A stretch of 64,000 nt of DNA. Source: Eukaryota sp. TZLM1-RC. Lineage: Eukaryota > Protista > Metamonada: BaSk clade. Numbering within the stretch: position 1 is the stretch's first letter; each line of letters opens with the position of its first letter. Below are positions 59,767 to 64,000 of the stretch, piece after piece. The stretch spans positions 3,968,001 through 4,032,000 of the forward strand of contig JAUPSS010000001.1 in the NCBI GenBank assembly GCA_040285825.1. Direction: 5' to 3'. The translations under genes and the position numbers were made by a program. The notes beneath the pieces were generated by a model, which had not been told where the DNA came from, searched no databases, and was given only the letters and a program-made list of their open reading frames with translations.

Positions 59767-62700
59767 AGACCTTGACATTAGCAAATTCTGACAGAATTCC
59801 AATGTCACCGAATATGAAGCTCATATTTGAGGTACATTCATTAGCCAATGCTTCTCCTGCCACAGTTTCTAGAGCTGGAATGATCTACATGTCGCATATG
59901 TCTTTGGGATGGGAGCCTGTGCTACAAGCGTGGATTAAGGAAAAGGAAAGTGAAGATTTTTGCTTCAGATGTGTTGAGTAATTTAAATAATTTATTTGAT
60001 TTTACATATTAATAATTGTTTTGATTTCATTAAGACAAATTGTCTACCTGTTATGTCTTTATTCCAGCAGCATCAGGTTACTCAGTGCTTCAAGCTACTA
60101 GAAGCTATGGTTCCCCAACCAAATAGTGATTTTTCTCTCAAATCCCCTCAACATTTAGAAAGAATGTTTGTGTTTGCGCTTATTTGGTCATTGGGGGCAT
60201 TATTAGAAACAGAAGATCGTCTCAAGTTTGATCAATTCCTTCGTTCTGAATGTAACCTCGCTCTACCAGTCTGTTCTTCCCCTCATTCTGTCTATGATTT
60301 CTGGATCAATGAGGAAACCGGAGAATGGCAACGATGGAGAGATAGGGTTCCTGAATATCAATATCCAGTAGACCATGCTCCACCTTTCTCCTCTGTTTTA
60401 GTCCCTACAATTGATTCTGTCAGATGCTCTACTCTTATTGGTTTTGCTTGCTGAACAAGGACATCCCGTAATGTTGACAGGGAGAAGCTGGAACTGCTAA
60501 ATCAGTTACTCTACAAAGCTATATTGCAGATAAAATTCAAGATGAACAGTGGATGAGCAAAAACAGTTTCCTTTTCATTCTTTACTAACCCTTTGATTTT
60601 CCAACGAACTACTGAAGCACTTGTGGAGAAACGACTAGGTTCTACTTTTGGTCCCAAAGCTGGTAGAAAGATGATTTACTTCTTGGATGATATTAATATG
60701 CCTGAAATTAACACATGGGGAGATCAAGAAACTGCTGAAATTGTACGTCAATTAATAGAAGATAAAGGTTTCTATAACCTAGAAAGACCTGGCGATTGGA
60801 TTTCCATTGTTGATCTTTTCTTCTTTGCCGCAATGCAGCATCCAGGTGGTGGTAGAAATGACATTCCAGATAGGTTACGTCGACACTTTGCCATCTTCAA
60901 CTGCACTCTTCCCTCCCAAGAAGCTGTGGAGCACGTGTATTCATTGATTATTAAGGGGTATTTCACTACCCAAGCTCCCAGAAGCTTTCCAGAGTCTCTA
61001 TCAAACGTTCTCAACAACATTGTTCCAATGACGTATTCTCTTTGGGATTCGGTTAAGCAGAAAATGCTTCCCACACCAGCAAAGTTCCATTACATGTTTA
61101 ATATGAGAGATTTATCAAGAATTACTCAAGGTATGTTATACGTGACTTCTGAAACTATCACTGGGCCCTCCAATCTGGTGTCCTTATGGAAACATGAATG
61201 TCACCGTGTCTTGGCTGATCGCTTTGTTAATTATGAAGATTTGGCGTGGTTTTGAATCTGCTATTCAATCGGTACTGGATGAGTATCTCCCTCAGTACAA
61301 TGAAGCTGTTCCGAGTACTTTCTTTGTTGATTTCATGCGTGATCCCCCCAGAACCCGACCCAGATGCTGAGGAAGAGGAAGATCTGGAAGCTCCAAAGGT
61401 CTATGAGTCGGTTACGGAGAGAGAGGTGTTGAAAGAACGATTAGATAGATTTTTCAGAGTTGTTTAATGAAATGTCACGAACGGAAAAAAACTTGATTTA
61501 GTTTTCTTTTACGATGCCATTGCTCATTTATCACGAATTTCTCGTATTATCCGAGCAGAACGAGGTCATGCTTTACTGGTTGGTGTAGGTGGAAGTGGTA
61601 AGCAATCATTAACTAAACTTGCTTCATTTATTGCTGGTTATACCACCGTCTCAATAACTTTAACTAAAAATTACACAACAAAAGATTTATTAGAAGATTT
61701 ACAACGGTTCTTCATGATGGCTGGTTTGGAGGGGAAAAGGAGTAACGTTTTTATTTACTGATAAGGACATTAAAGAAGAATCCTTCCTTGAGTATATTAA
61801 CAACATTCTCACTTCTGGTGAAATTCCTGGTCTGTTCGCTAAGGATGAAGTTGATTCAATAATTTCTGATTTAACACCTATTTTCAAAGCAGAACGACCT
61901 CGAGCACCTTTATCCAATGATGATGTTTGGAATTTCTTTTTGGAACGAGTACGAAAGAACCTTCATGTAGTTCTTTGTTTTTCGCCTGTTGGGGACAAGT
62001 TTAGAACACGTGCCAGGAAGTTTCCAGGTTTGGTATCTGGATGTACCATTGACTATTTCCAACCATGGCCTGAAGAAGCGTTGGTTGAGGTTGCCAATAA
62101 GTTTGTATCTTCATTTGAAATTGACACACCTCAAGAGGTTCAAGATTCCCTGGTTAAGTTTATGGCTTCTCTCCACACTAATGTTGGTGATGTCTGTGAA
62201 CAATACTTTTCTAGGTTTAGAAGAAGAGTTTACATTACCCCAAAGTCTTATCTATCATTCATGCAAGCTTATAAGGAAGTGTATTTACGTCAACGGCAAG
62301 AAATTGGTGTTTTTGGCTGAACGACTTAACTCTGGCTTAATGAAGCTACAACAAGCTTCTGAAGATGTTGCTAATATGAAGGTTGAACTGGCTGATAAAA
62401 AGGTAAAGTTGGCAGTCGCTGTAGATAAAGCAAAGCAAATTCTTGGTGAAATTACCACTCAAACCACAGCTGCCCAAAAAGATTACTGCAGAAGTACAAG
62501 CTGTCAAGGATGATTTATCTACAAAGGCTGCTGGTATAGATGCTGAGAAAAAAAGCTGCAGAAAAGGATCTTGCTGCTGCTAAACCTGCTTTGGAGGATG
62601 CTCAGAACGCTTTAGATCAGATTAATGCTGGGGATATAGCCACATTGAGAAAGTTGTTAAAACCACCAAACCTCATCTGTAGAATCATGGATGGTGTATT

Positions 62701-64000
62701 GATACTTCGCCAATTACCATTAGACGAATGGAAGTTAGATGCGGATATGCTGGCTGACAAGGGTAAATCATTACCTCAACCATCGTGGACCCATTCTCTT
62801 TCAATGATGGCTAACACTTCGTTCCTGTCTTCGCTTAAGAATTTCCCTAAAGAGTGCATTACTGATGAGATTTGTGAGCTGTTAGAGCCTTACTTTGAGA
62901 TGGAAGATTTTACGAAGGAAGCAGCAGCCTCTGTCTCTGGTAATATTGCTGGTCTTTGTTCATGGATTCGTGCAATGACTGTGTATCATTCAGTTGCCAA
63001 GTTCGTTGCCCCCAAGATTGAAGCTGTTCAACGCGCAGAAAAAGAATTAGAGTCGGCAAAATGCGGAACTACAGATTGCAGAGAATGAGTTAGCTGAAAA
63101 AAACAAAAAGTATTAGACGAAATGCAAGCCAAGTACGATGATGCTGTTGCTCAGAAGAGAGCAGTTCAAGAAGATGCCGAACTCACTGAAAGAAGAATGG
63201 ATTCTGCTAACAAACTGATCTCTGGTCTCTCTGGTGAACGTGAACGCTGGACGATACAATCTGCTGAGTTTAAGAAAGTTATTGCTCAATTAGTAGGTGA
63301 TGTTGCTGTTTCCACTGCTTTCTTGTCTTATGCTGGTCCATTCAATTCTGAATTTAGGGCATTGTTACTTGAAGAATACTGGTGTAAAGATCTGGTTCGA
63401 AGGAATATTCCATTTTCAGATAACCTTTCCGTCACAAAAAATCCTTGCTGACGATGCTACCATTGGTGAATGGAACCTTCAAGGCCTTCCCACAGATGAT
63501 TTGTCAACTCAAAATGGTATCATTGTCACTTCTGCTTCACGTTTCCCTCTCCTTATTGATCCACAGGGTCAAGCCAAAGCATGGTTGAAAAATCGCGAAG
63601 GACCCAATGGGTTGAAAATTTGCAGACTTGGTGATAAATATTTCAGACAAAAACTTAGAAGATTGCCTGCAGTTTGGAGCACCTTTACTAATAGAAGATG
63701 TGGATGAAGAACTTGATCCCGCATTGGATCCCATTCTAGATAAGCAATGGATTAAGGTGGGTTCAAGGTTCAAGGTTAAGCTGGGTGATAAGGAAGTCGA
63801 TCTAGCTGATGGTTTTAGGCTATATATCACGACTAAGCTTGCTAACCCGCTCTTCTCGCCTGAAACTTCCGCCAAAACTTCTATTGTAGATTTCACTGTT
63901 ACTTTGAGGGGCCTGGAAGCTCAACTTTTGGGACGAGTTATTGAAACTGAGAAGAGTGAACTTGAACGATCAAGACAGCGTTTGTTGGAAGAAGTTAATT
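59767..64000 (+). repeat. near-exact duplicate of dynein internal segment 23811-28025 (probable assembly artefact)
   Basis: Identical by eye apart from 19 extra bases at 17 homopolymer runs. Runs to the end of the window. Confidence 0.95.

Overview
AT-rich, gene-dense eukaryotic genomic DNA from a flagellated protist. The Giardia-type class II aldolase and tiny introns suggest an anaerobic metamonad-like lineage (inference only). Host genes: BTB+LRR protein, 14-3-3, UBL-TM protein, TBCE-like, class II FBA, DAD1, an outer-arm dynein heavy chain (DNAH5/8 type, one +1 frameshift), three RBR E3 ligases, p47/UBX, B-box-SPRY, ALG11, a repeat-rich coiled-coil protein, NSA2, POC1 and TOP3B. Ten 26-34 nt introns can be reconstructed. 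All have a branch-type A exactly 7 nt from the 3' end, and one is GT-AT. Intergenic DNA is largely decayed mobile elements: two distinct Fanzor1 (TnpB-like) relics, seven RLE-type non-LTR retrotransposon fragments, gypsy relics and a Helitron-like 3' terminus. There is also a decaying PgsA/cardiolipin-synthase-like pseudogene and a near-complete Ty3/gypsy element with an unusually large Gag. The last 4.2 kb is a copy of the dynein gene differing only by homopolymer insertions, most likely an assembly artefact. No rRNA, tRNA or CRISPR array was seen.
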